A stretch of 62,519 bases of DNA, the filler included. It is 4 parts of 4 records of this genome, joined end to end, with 100 filler letters (N's around TTAATTAATTAA, not from the genome) between each part and the next. Parts side by side here need not be neighbours in the genome. Positions count along the whole stretch, not along the records: positions 1 to 30,891 come from DRR723986_5140; 3 more parts are not named here. One strand, written 5' to 3'. The notes beneath the pieces were generated by a model. That model saw only the letters and a program-made list of their open reading frames with translations, was not told the DNA's origin and made no database searches. A program made the position numbers and the translations under genes. The number at the start of each line of letters is the position of its first letter. Position 1 is the first letter of the stretch. Positions 18,604-27,879 of this stretch are shown in pieces.

Positions 18604-20001
18604 ATGAAAATCCTGATTGCAGATGACAATCATGAGTTTTGCACGACGATAGCCGACATAATCACGTCGGAGGGGTGGGAGTACAAAATAACGAACACGC
18701 CGCACGATACTTTGCAGTATCTGGACACGCATTCTGATCGCGTGGCGGTGATGTTACTCGACGTTGAGTTCAACCATCCAACTCTGACCGGCATTGACAT
18801 CCTGGAGCGTTCGGTACGCAATTGGCCACAGATTCCGGTGGTGATGATCACCGGCGTCGGCACGATATCAATTGCCGTCAAAGCCACGCAGCTGGGGGCT
18901 ATGAACTTCATTGAGAAAAGTGCGATAGACCGCGCCAAACTCAAGGAAGTTCTGTACACGGCGATGGAAAAAGTCAACGTGCGCTCCGCTGCCAAAGAAG
19001 CCATGCAGCTGATGGCGGACCAAGGCCTGATTGGCCACAGCCGCGCCATGCTGGATGTAGCCGATAATATTTATCGCTACGGCCGCACAGAACTCAACAT
19101 CCTGATCCTGGGTGAAACCGGAACCGGTAAAAAGCTGGTGGCCAAGGCGCTACATGCTGCGAGCATGCGCAACGGCAAACCGTTTGTGACGGTGGATATT
19201 CCGAATATTCCGGCGCCGCTCTTCCAGAGCGAATTGTTTGGTCACACCAAGGGTTCGTTTACACACGCTACCGAAGACAAAAACGGTTTATTCCAGCAAG
19301 CCAACAAAGGCACGATTTTCCTGGATGAAATCGGTGATCTGCCGCTGGAATTGCAGGCCAACCTGCTTGTGCCGATCGAAGAAAAAACGGTGCGGCGCCT
19401 GGGGTCGATCAAGTCCACTGAAATTGACGTGCGGTTTGTCTCCGCTACGGATCGCAATCTGATCGAAGCGATCGAAGAAGGCAAATATCGCGAGCAGCTC
19501 TACCACAGGCTGCGCGAATGTGAAATTACGCTGCCGCCGCTGCGCGAACGGCGCGAAGACATTCCGCTGATCGTAGAGCACTACACCAAAGTGCACAACG
19601 GCAAGATGGACGAACAGAAAGTGTTCAGCGCTGCGGCGCAGGAATATCTGAGTGAACTGCCCTGGCCGGGCAATGTGCGTCAACTTGAAAATCTGGTGCG
19701 GGTTGTGTTGCAGACCAGCAACAGCGACCGCGTAGAAGTAGCCGATGTGGCGCGCGTGGAATCTCCGCAGCCCAACGGCAAACGCAATGAACGCAGTAAC
19801 GTACAGTCATTTCTGGATAGCGGCAATACCCTGCGCGAAGACGTTGATATGTTGAATAAAATCAAGATAGAAGACGTGCTGGAAGCCAACAGAGGCAATG
19901 TCAGCAAGGCCGCCGCTAAGTTGGGCATCAGTCGCGAAACCCTCCACAACCGCATTAAAAAACACGGAATCGACGTTAGCCAGTTTCGGCGTAAACGCTG
20001 A
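18604..20001 (+). CDS. NtrC-family response regulator (REC-AAA+-Fis HTH)
   Basis: Receiver (ADD, LLD, K), GETGTGK, SELFGH, FLDEI, LRERREDI, WPGNVRQL and a Fis-type HTH. Confidence 0.92.
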   Translation: MKILIADDNHEFCTTIADIITSEGWEYKITNTPHDTLQYLDTHSDRVAVMLLDVEFNHPTLTGIDILERSVRNWPQIPVVMITGVGTISIAVKATQLGAMNFIEKSAIDRAKLKEVLYTAMEKVNVRSAAKEAMQLMADQGLIGHSRAMLDVADNIYRYGRTELNILILGETGTGKKLVAKALHAASMRNGKPFVTVDIPNIPAPLFQSELFGHTKGSFTHATEDKNGLFQQANKGTIFLDEIGDLPLELQANLLVPIEEKTVRRLGSIKSTEIDVRFVSATDRNLIEAIEEGKYREQLYHRLRECEITLPPLRERREDIPLIVEHYTKVHNGKMDEQKVFSAAAQEYLSELPWPGNVRQLENLVRVVLQTSNSDRVEVADVARVESPQPNGKRNERSNVQSFLDSGNTLREDVDMLNKIKIEDVLEANRGNVSKAAAKLGISRETLHNRIKKHGIDVSQFRRKR

Positions 20002-20247
20002 AGCGGGCGTGCGCGTCCCGGAACCCTCACGTTTTCCGCCGCCGGAAAGCGCGGCGGCTCCGCAGTGGTTGTGATGCCGGCGGCAGGCTCTGCGCTTGCA
20101 GCTGTTGACACGGGGACAAACAAAAAGCTCAAAAAGCCCACCGATAGGTGAGGCGCATGCCTTGGTAAGGAGGGGGCGCAACCGGATTTTTGGGGTGCGC
20201 AACCAGTAGTGAGAACGGTGTAAATCGAGTTGGAGTAGAGATAAAGC

Positions 20248-23200
20248 ATGTATCTATCGAATCTCGATGTAGTCGGATTCAAGTCGTTTGCCGACAAGAC
20301 CAAGCTGCTTTTTAACGAAGGCATCACGGCGATTGTGGGGCCGAACGGCTGTGGTAAAACCAATGTGGTCGACAGTATTCGCTGGGTGCTGGGGGAGCAG
20401 AAATCCTCGACCCTGCGCTCCGATAAAATGGAAGACGTCATCTTTAACGGTACGCGGAAACGCAAGCCGCTCGGGATGGCTGAAGTCTCAATGACAATCC
20501 AGAATTCGCGCGGCGTGCTGCCGACGGAATATTCGGAAGTGACGCTGACGCGGCGCCTGTTCCGCAATGGTGACAGTCAATATTTGCTGAACAAAACGGT
20601 TTGCCGCCTGCGTGACATCCTCGACCTGTTTATGGATACGGGGATGGGCGCGAATGCCTATTCGGTCATCGAGTTAAAGATGATTGAGACAATCCTGAGC
20701 GACAAGACCGATGAGCGCCGGCGACTGTTTGAGGAAGCGGCGGGAATTACAAAATACAAGTCGCGCCGCAAGGAAGCCCTGCGGCGGATGAATGCGATTG
20801 AGACCGACCTCTCGCGTGTGCGTGACATCCTGAGTGAAGTCGAGAAAAACGTGCGGTCGCTTTCGCGTCAGGCCTCCAAAGCCAAGCGCCACCGCGAGGT
20901 GACCGACAGGCTCAAGACACTCGAAATTCTACTGCTGCAGCACGAATACTACAAGCTGTGGCAGCAGCTGGAGCCGCTGGAGAAACAGCGCAGCGGCATC
21001 GTGATTGAACGCAATACGGTTCAGCGCGATTTGTTTGAGCAGGAAACGATTGTTGCCAAGCTGGAAGAAGAGCAGAGCACCGTAGAGCTGCGCTTGGGCA
21101 AGGCCGAAGAAGAATTGGGCGCGGCCAACAAAACCATGTCCGATGCGACGCGTGAGCTGGCGGTGAGCAAGGAACGCCTGATTTCGATTCAGAATGCCCG
21201 CGGCCGCTCCGAGCAGGAAAAAGCTGAGTTGACGACTCACATCAGCAAAGTCTCTGAGGCGCTGCTGACGGCGGAAGCCGACCGCGCCAAAATTGACGAA
21301 CACCTGACGGAAGCGACAGAGGAGTTTGACAAGCGCAAGAGCCATCAGGATGAAAGTATGGCGCACGTGCAGCAGATTCGCAACCGCACACGTGAAGTCA
21401 AGACGCAGGTGATGAACTCGATGGACGAGATCAACACCGTGCGCGCCACAACCGAGCGCAATCGCGCGCGGATTGAGTCTCTGCAGCGCCGCATTGAGGA
21501 AACACGCCAAACCGGCGAAGGCAGCCGCAAGCGCCAGGCCGAGCTGGAACAGCAGATGCTGGAGCAGGCGCCGTTTAAGGAGCAGCACGACGAAGCCGTT
21601 ACCACGGCCGAGAAAAGCCTGGCCGATGCACAGGAGCTGCAGGTAAAACTGCGCGAAGAGACGGATGAGGTGCAGCGCACGATTGGCGAGCGCAATCGCG
21701 ACCTGAGTCACAAGCGCGCCTCACTGGAATTTTTGGGCGGTCTGGTGGACATGAGTGAAAGCTCTGAGTTTCTACTGGGCAACACCAACTGGCTAAACAC
21801 GGCGACGCCGATGATTCTGGCTGAAGCGATCGGCGCCGACGAGGAACTGCGGATTGCCTTGGCGACGGCGCTGGGACCGGCGGGCGACTACTTTGTGGTG
21901 GACAGTCCGCGCGAAGCGCGCTCCGGCATTCAGCGTTTGCGCGATAGTGACAAAGGCAAGGCGAGTTTTGTCTGTCTGGAAAATGTGCCGGAAGCGGTTG
22001 AGCCATCAACCATTTCGGCTGGAGACGGTATTATTGGTTGGGCCTCGGAAGTGGTTCGCACGGAAGATGAGCGCCTGCGCCACGCGCTGCGCATTCTGCT
22101 GAACGGTACCATGCTCGTGCGCACGATGCAGGACGCCGAAGCTGCCGCGACGATGGAAGGTGTGGCACGCGCGATCACGCTTGAAGGTGATGTTGTTGGA
22201 GTCCATGCGGCCTTCCTGGGCGGTGGTAGCAGCAAAAACACCGAAGGCGCGATGATTGGTCGCCGCGAGAAGATGGAAACTCTGCGCAATGAGATTGAAG
22301 CGCTGGAAGCAGACCTGGACAAGCTGCAGCGCCTGCGCAATGAGAAGCGCGCGGAGTATAACAACATCAACCTGCGCGTGTATTCGGATGCGATCCGCCG
22401 CGCTGAGGGTGAGCGCTCCAAGTACGAACAGCTGCTGGGTAAACTGCGTTATGACAGCGAACGTACGGCGCAGAGTTTGGCGCGCAATGAAGAAAGCATC
22501 GCCAAGTTCCAGGAAGAAATTGAAGCGCTGAGCACGCGTGGCCAGGATGAGTTGCCCGAGCTATCCGGCTTGATAGAAAAGAAGGAAGCGCTTGAGAAAG
22601 AATTGGTGGAGACGGAGGCTGAGCTGCGTCAGGCGGAAGAACGCTTTGAAGTAGATTCAGGTGAGTCACACCGCGCGGAGATGCGTCTTGTGCAGCTGCG
22701 CGGCGAGGTCAAATCGCTGGATCAGGAGCTGGACCGCTTGAATTCTCAGCTTGCCGGCGCCAAACGCCGTCTTGAGAATCGCACGCGTGAGATTGAGCAC
22801 TCGGCCTCTGAATTTGAGCATCTGAGTGGTGAGCTGGGCAAGCTGGAGACGGCTGTGCAGGAGTCACAGCAGGTGTTGGAAGTCGCGCGCGAAGCGCGTA
22901 ATAAAGTAGCGGCCGAGCAAAGTGAGCTGCGCAAAAATGTGCATCAGCAGGCTGACAAACTGCGCGCGCAGCGGCGTGCCTACGACGGCAACGTCAGCTC
23001 GATCCACAAGCTGGAGCTGGACCTGGAGCGTCTGCGTGGTGATGCGGCGCGCTGCAAGCAGCGTGCGCTCGAAGAGTTTGAGCTGGAGCTGACGAAGGAC
23101 AAACCCAAAGCCACTCTGCCCACAAGCGAAGAGCCACAGGCCGAAGCCGCTGAGACTCAAGCTGAGGATAGCGCCGCAGAGGATGCAGACGCTCAGACGG

Positions 23201-24111
23201 AAGATCAGGTAGAGGGCGCTGCAGACGCTGAGTCTCAAAGTGAGTCTGACGGCGAATCTGAAGCTGAAGGCGCTGAGTCCGAAGAAGTGTCGGCCGAAGA
23301 TGCTCCTGTAGCCGAAGCCTCGGATGAGCAGGAAGAACCTGCGGAAGAAGAATTGGCTGAAGAAGAGCCGGAAGAAGAACAAGAGTTTGACATGGACGCT
23401 GCGCGCGTTGAAGTCGCCGACCTCAAGCGCCGCATCGCGAATCTTGGCGCTGTGAATCTTCTGGCTTTTGAAGAATTTGAGAAGGAAAGCGAGCGCAAGC
23501 GTTTCCTGGATGAGCAGCTTTCTGACCTGCTCGAATCCCAGAAAACACTTTCGCAGACGATTGCGGAAATCAATGCGACGGTGAAGCAGAAGTTCACCGA
23601 GACATTTACGAAGATTCGCGAGAACTTCATCCGCATTTTCCGCACGCTGTTTGAGCAGGGTGATGAAGCCGATTTGCTGCTGGAAGAGGGTGATCCGCTG
23701 GAGGCCAAGGTTGAGATTATTGCCAAGCCGCGTGGCAAACGCCCGGCCTCAATCGACATGCTTTCCGGTGGTGAAAAGACGCTGACAGCTATCGCGTTGC
23801 TCTTTGCCATCTACCTTGTCAAACCAAGTCCCTTTTGTATTTTGGATGAGGTTGACGCGCCGCTTGATGATGCGAATATCGACCGCTATTTGCGCTTGAT
23901 ACGCGAATTCAGCTCGGAAACGCAGTTTATCATGATTACGCACAATAAGCGTACCATGGAAGCCGCCGATACAATGTACGGTGTGTCGATGCAGGACAGC
24001 GTTTCGCGTCTGGTGTCGATTGAGCCGCGCAAACACGGCCGTCCGGTGGAGGGCATCCAGGCTAACGGCAAAAGCGGCGGAACAGCTGTAGCGGCCGAAG
24101 CTGAGGCCTGA
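20248..24111 (+). CDS. smc: Chromosome segregation protein SMC
   Basis: GFKSF, GPNGCGK, coiled coils with hinge, LSGGEK, LDEVDAPLD and ITH motifs. Confidence 0.96.
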   Translation: MYLSNLDVVGFKSFADKTKLLFNEGITAIVGPNGCGKTNVVDSIRWVLGEQKSSTLRSDKMEDVIFNGTRKRKPLGMAEVSMTIQNSRGVLPTEYSEVTLTRRLFRNGDSQYLLNKTVCRLRDILDLFMDTGMGANAYSVIELKMIETILSDKTDERRRLFEEAAGITKYKSRRKEALRRMNAIETDLSRVRDILSEVEKNVRSLSRQASKAKRHREVTDRLKTLEILLLQHEYYKLWQQLEPLEKQRSGIVIERNTVQRDLFEQETIVAKLEEEQSTVELRLGKAEEELGAANKTMSDATRELAVSKERLISIQNARGRSEQEKAELTTHISKVSEALLTAEADRAKIDEHLTEATEEFDKRKSHQDESMAHVQQIRNRTREVKTQVMNSMDEINTVRATTERNRARIESLQRRIEETRQTGEGSRKRQAELEQQMLEQAPFKEQHDEAVTTAEKSLADAQELQVKLREETDEVQRTIGERNRDLSHKRASLEFLGGLVDMSESSEFLLGNTNWLNTATPMILAEAIGADEELRIALATALGPAGDYFVVDSPREARSGIQRLRDSDKGKASFVCLENVPEAVEPSTISAGDGIIGWASEVVRTEDERLRHALRILLNGTMLVRTMQDAEAAATMEGVARAITLEGDVVGVHAAFLGGGSSKNTEGAMIGRREKMETLRNEIEALEADLDKLQRLRNEKRAEYNNINLRVYSDAIRRAEGERSKYEQLLGKLRYDSERTAQSLARNEESIAKFQEEIEALSTRGQDELPELSGLIEKKEALEKELVETEAELRQAEERFEVDSGESHRAEMRLVQLRGEVKSLDQELDRLNSQLAGAKRRLENRTREIEHSASEFEHLSGELGKLETAVQESQQVLEVAREARNKVAAEQSELRKNVHQQADKLRAQRRAYDGNVSSIHKLELDLERLRGDAARCKQRALEEFELELTKDKPKATLPTSEEPQAEAAETQAEDSAAEDADAQTEDQVEGAADAESQSESDGESEAEGAESEEVSAEDAPVAEASDEQEEPAEEELAEEEPEEEQEFDMDAARVEVADLKRRIANLGAVNLLAFEEFEKESERKRFLDEQLSDLLESQKTLSQTIAEINATVKQKFTETFTKIRENFIRIFRTLFEQGDEADLLLEEGDPLEAKVEIIAKPRGKRPASIDMLSGGEKTLTAIALLFAIYLVKPSPFCILDEVDAPLDDANIDRYLRLIREFSSETQFIMITHNKRTMEAADTMYGVSMQDSVSRLVSIEPRKHGRPVEGIQANGKSGGTAVAAEAEA

Positions 24112-24248
24112 AGTGGGCCGCTGTAAATACTGACCAGAACTATTAACGATCAGTGGATATTAACGCCACGCACAACCCGGCATTTTAGGGCCAGCGCTTC
24201 CCGGGGATGACTGTCCCGCTCAACGCGTCAAGTACGGAGAGAACACGA

Positions 24249-24809
24249 ATGAAGATACTACTGAAAAGCACACTGCTGTTACTTGTATGTTTCTGCATGG
24301 CATTGCAGACTGCCGATGCGCAGTCGCGCAAAGACAAGCTCAAGGACGATAAGACTGAAGGGCGTCCGGAAGTTTACAAGGGAGTATACCAGCACGAGTT
24401 TCCTGACGTTTGGAATGTCATCAAGGAGTCGATCGTAGAAATTGGCTGCCAGATTGATGCTGCCAAGCCGATTACGACGGACGAAGGTACGTATAAAGGC
24501 AAGATCCAATCGACGTTCTGCATTCTGATTCGCAGTGATGATTCGACCGATGTTGTTCTGGAGCGTTATGCTCTGCGTGTGCCCTACATTCGCGCGGGCG
24601 TGTGGACTTCGGCGCGGATGCAGTATACGTTCTATGTAGTTGAGAAAGAGAATGGCGACGTCAGCGTGCGCTTAAAAGGTGAGCTGAGTGGTTATGAGGA
24701 CCACGTGACGAGCAAGTTCCACTACTTTGACTCCAACCGGATTTTGGAGGAGCGTTTGTACAAGCTGGTGGAATCCAAGATCGCGAAGCTGGCTTCGCTG
24801 GACGAATAG
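24249..24809 (+). CDS. Exported hypothetical protein
   Basis: GGAGA RBS; signal peptide MKILLKSTLLLLVCFCMALQTADA|Q. Confidence 0.7.
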   Translation: MKILLKSTLLLLVCFCMALQTADAQSRKDKLKDDKTEGRPEVYKGVYQHEFPDVWNVIKESIVEIGCQIDAAKPITTDEGTYKGKIQSTFCILIRSDDSTDVVLERYALRVPYIRAGVWTSARMQYTFYVVEKENGDVSVRLKGELSGYEDHVTSKFHYFDSNRILEERLYKLVESKIAKLASLDE

Positions 24810-24848
24810 TTTTGAGTCTTTGAAGTGTTATGGGTTTTGAAAGCTGCG

Positions 24849-24882
24849 CGGCGGTTCTGGAGGATTCTGGAGCCGCCGTTTT
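24849..24882 (+). terminator. Intrinsic terminator
   Basis: CGGCGGTTC...GAGCCGCCG stem followed by TTTT, between convergent genes. Confidence 0.65.
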
Positions 24883-24901
24883 AGGTTTAAAGGTTTGGGG
24901 A

Positions 24902-26260
24902 TTAGCGGTTGGCGGCGCGCGTCATGCGTTCGACGCGAATCCCGGTGAGGCAGTGGTAGAAGTCTATGGCCTCACTTTCTGAGAAGCTGCTGATGATATC
25001 GGCTGTGAGGCGTGCCCGCAAGCGGCTCTCGTCTCCAGAGTGATCGTTCAGTTCGCGTCTGACCAGACTTTGGTAACGCGGGGATAGGATACTGATGTCT
25101 TTATCTGACCCTACAGCCTGGCTGATAATCATGAACAATTCACGCAGCATTCGCTTTACTCCAAACTGTTGCGCGGCTAAAGATGGATGGCTGTAAACGT
25201 AAAAGCTCATGAGTTGCTTGAGAATCCTGATCGAGAGATGTATATCTAAAGGAATTTCCAACATGGCAGCATTGTCGTCAACCTTCAGCCGGAAGGCGCG
25301 CATAAACTTGCCGATCAATTGAGAAACAAACAGAACCTGACTACCCTGCTCCTGCAGGGTTCCACGGTAAGGTGACTTTAACTCATCCGGGCAAACCGCG
25401 ACAAGCGCATTGAGCGCATCCGTAATGTCATTTTGGCTAACGGCAGAATCCTTGTTGATAATATTTGAGCAGCAGTGCGAGAAGAATTTTTCGCGTTCAC
25501 TGCTATTATTTAGTAGCATATCAAACGGCAGGATTCCTGCCCGATAGAAATCGTCGAGGTCGTGAATGCTATATGTCACATCATCTGCAAAATCCATTAT
25601 AGAGGCTTCCAGTGAAGGAGCGTCCGCATCGGGATTGTTGGCAAATGGCTCACGCGCCCAATCAAAGTGATCCCGGTCATTGCTGTATACGCCCCATTTG
25701 AGTTCATGGACTCCATCAATTTGACGGGACCATGGATATTTCATGATGGCATTCAGGCTGGCGCGAGTAAGGTTCAGGCCTCGGTAGTAATTTCGGCTTG
25801 TTTCCAGTCGTGTAACGATGCGAAAGCTCTGAGCATTACCTTCGTATCCATCTCTGATTTGCTGTTTTTCCAGACAGTCATTTAATGTTTGTTCACCGAT
25901 ATGGCCGAATGGTGGGTGTCCCAGGTCATGAGCCAGCGCTGCAGTTTCAGTGACATCTGGATCAAGGCCGATTCCGGCGATTAATTCTGGGGCATTGGTT
26001 CTAATCAGCCTTTCAGCTAAGCGGCGTGCAACCTGGGCAACTTTTAGTGAGTGAGTCAGGCGGTTGTGCACAAAATGGCCTTCATGCGCCGCTACAACCT
26101 GCGTCACATTTGCGAGACGGCGAAAAGCTGCGCTGTACAGAATTCTGTCTCGGTCCCTTTGAAAGGGAGTGCGTGGATCTGAGCCACCCGGTTTTTCCTT
26201 GTGCCTGCGTTCTCTACGGGAAGCATTGATTTCTTTGACATGATATTCAGACATATTCAT
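24902..26260 (-). CDS. dgt: dGTP/dNTP triphosphohydrolase (HD domain)
   Basis: RTPFQRDRDRI, FRRL...TQV, RLTHSL, AHDLGHPPFGH, EGNAQ, KYP and ADD.TY..HD motifs. Confidence 0.9.
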   Translation of the reverse strand: MNMSEYHVKEINASRRERRHKEKPGGSDPRTPFQRDRDRILYSAAFRRLANVTQVVAAHEGHFVHNRLTHSLKVAQVARRLAERLIRTNAPELIAGIGLDPDVTETAALAHDLGHPPFGHIGEQTLNDCLEKQQIRDGYEGNAQSFRIVTRLETSRNYYRGLNLTRASLNAIMKYPWSRQIDGVHELKWGVYSNDRDHFDWAREPFANNPDADAPSLEASIMDFADDVTYSIHDLDDFYRAGILPFDMLLNNSSEREKFFSHCCSNIINKDSAVSQNDITDALNALVAVCPDELKSPYRGTLQEQGSQVLFVSQLIGKFMRAFRLKVDDNAAMLEIPLDIHLSIRILKQLMSFYVYSHPSLAAQQFGVKRMLRELFMIISQAVGSDKDISILSPRYQSLVRRELNDHSGDESRLRARLTADIISSFSESEAIDFYHCLTGIRVERMTRAANR

Positions 26261-26554
26261 GATTGTGTCACAGGGTTCGGGTTGTTGAGCTGCGATTGTC
26301 GCTTTGGTTTAGGGTTTTTGAGACAGCTATGATCTGTTTGCTGTTCGCCCCAATTCCGTATTCATTCATGTGTAACGAGAATAATAAGTTCAGCTGCTTG
26401 AAGTATGCACATAGATTCCAGCGGTGCAGGGCATAGAGGATACTTGATAGGGCCGGTCGGGACGCTACGCTACAGTAATCGCTTTAATGATTTCTACTAT
26501 TAAGGCCACGTCAACCGCGGCTATAATATTCTAACGAGTCTTTGAAAGTGGATG

Positions 26555-26878
26555 TCAGCTCCAGGCTACATAATTGTACTTGTCCTTAACCTCGTCGTAG
26601 GGAGCATCCAGAATTTTTTGCATAACGTCAGGATCGATCAGGTGCCATTTGAAGTCTGTGTCTAACTCATAGTATTCCAGCATTTCCTGCATGCAACTGC
26701 GGATACGTCTTTCTGATTTTTCGCCAGATTCCTTTAATTCAGCCTGAACACCTTCAATCATATCTTTAACGGGCATGCCGTTCTCACCAGTCGCCTGAAC
26801 CAACTTGAGAATTATCTCTTTCAGGTCTGCAAGGTCTTGTTCTTCCGGCGCGTGATTCCTGATTCTTATTGTTGACAT
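26555..26878 (-). CDS. Hypothetical protein, possible winged-helix
   Basis: 107-aa AT-rich ORF with protein-like composition and a three-helix-plus-hairpin pattern. Confidence 0.6.
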   Translation of the reverse strand: MSTIRIRNHAPEEQDLADLKEIILKLVQATGENGMPVKDMIEGVQAELKESGEKSERRIRSCMQEMLEYYELDTDFKWHLIDPDVMQKILDAPYDEVKDKYNYVAWS

Positions 26879-27056
26879 GGTAATTTCTCGTCTACTTATT
26901 TAGATCTTAGTATGGATCATGACAGACGAAAGGTAATTAATAATCTTATAGGATTCAATGCAGTACGCTATGCTACAAAAAATAATAGTCGCTTGTGTGC
27001 AACTGGAGGCAAAGGTGTTCAGTAAAGTTCAAACTCAGTCAAAAGTACCTTAACCC

Positions 27057-27755
27057 TTACGTCTCTTCCTCACCACGCTTAGCCGGCAAATGCGGCAGAA
27101 TCAATAGAATTTTGTTGAGTGCCTTTTGCAGTTCCTCCAGGCCGTTTGAATTGTCGATCACAAAATCGGCACGGCGTCGTTTTTCTTCGGCGCTCATCTG
27201 TGTGTTTATGCGCTGTTTGACGTCTGCAGCACTCATCGGCCTTGAGTTGATAACGCGTTGAATGCGCAAGTCTTCAGGTGCATCAACAACCAAGACGTAG
27301 TCGTAGAGGTCTTCCAAACCAGCTTCAAAGACTATCGCCGTTTCATTAAAGACGCAGCTCGCTCCGTCCTGGAACAGTTTGGTGATGCGTTCGGCGATTT
27401 CCTGGACGACGTAGGGGTGCACTACGCCGTTGAGTTTGCGCAGTTTGGATGCGTGTTGTTTGTCTGGTCCAAAGACGAGTTCGGCTGTCGCGGCTTTGTT
27501 CAGGCTGCCGTCTTCGTGGAGCACTTCCGCGCCGAGTTCCTCGGCTATCTCCTGGCGAATCTCGGCGTGGCCGGCAATCAACTCTTTGGCGATGTTATCC
27601 GAGTTAAGAACCTCATATCCGGCCTGGCGTACAATCTCGGCGGCAGCACTTTTTCCGCTACCAATCCCGCCACTGATGGCGATGAACTTTCCATGCTGAC
27701 CTTTGATGTCTTCAAACACCGACTTGAGACTGGCTTCCTGCACCCTGTACCCCAT
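27057..27755 (-). CDS. coaE: Dephospho-CoA kinase
   Basis: ISGGIGSGKS, LNGVVHP, RINTQM and ADFVIDN motifs. Confidence 0.93.
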   Translation of the reverse strand: MGYRVQEASLKSVFEDIKGQHGKFIAISGGIGSGKSAAAEIVRQAGYEVLNSDNIAKELIAGHAEIRQEIAEELGAEVLHEDGSLNKAATAELVFGPDKQHASKLRKLNGVVHPYVVQEIAERITKLFQDGASCVFNETAIVFEAGLEDLYDYVLVVDAPEDLRIQRVINSRPMSAADVKQRINTQMSAEEKRRRADFVIDNSNGLEELQKALNKILLILPHLPAKRGEEET

Positions 27756-27879
27756 TGGTTTTTTGCCCTCAAAAGGCGTAAATTCCGCTGCAAGTTACGG
27801 TGATTCTCTGCTAGTGCAAACCGCACTGCTCAAACTCCGCGCACCGCTTCCTTTTCTCACGCTCCAAGACGACTTCGCT

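Noticed and set aside
26268..26369. 33-codon minus-strand ORF upstream of dgt
   Set aside because: No RBS or recognisable features; compatible with chance.
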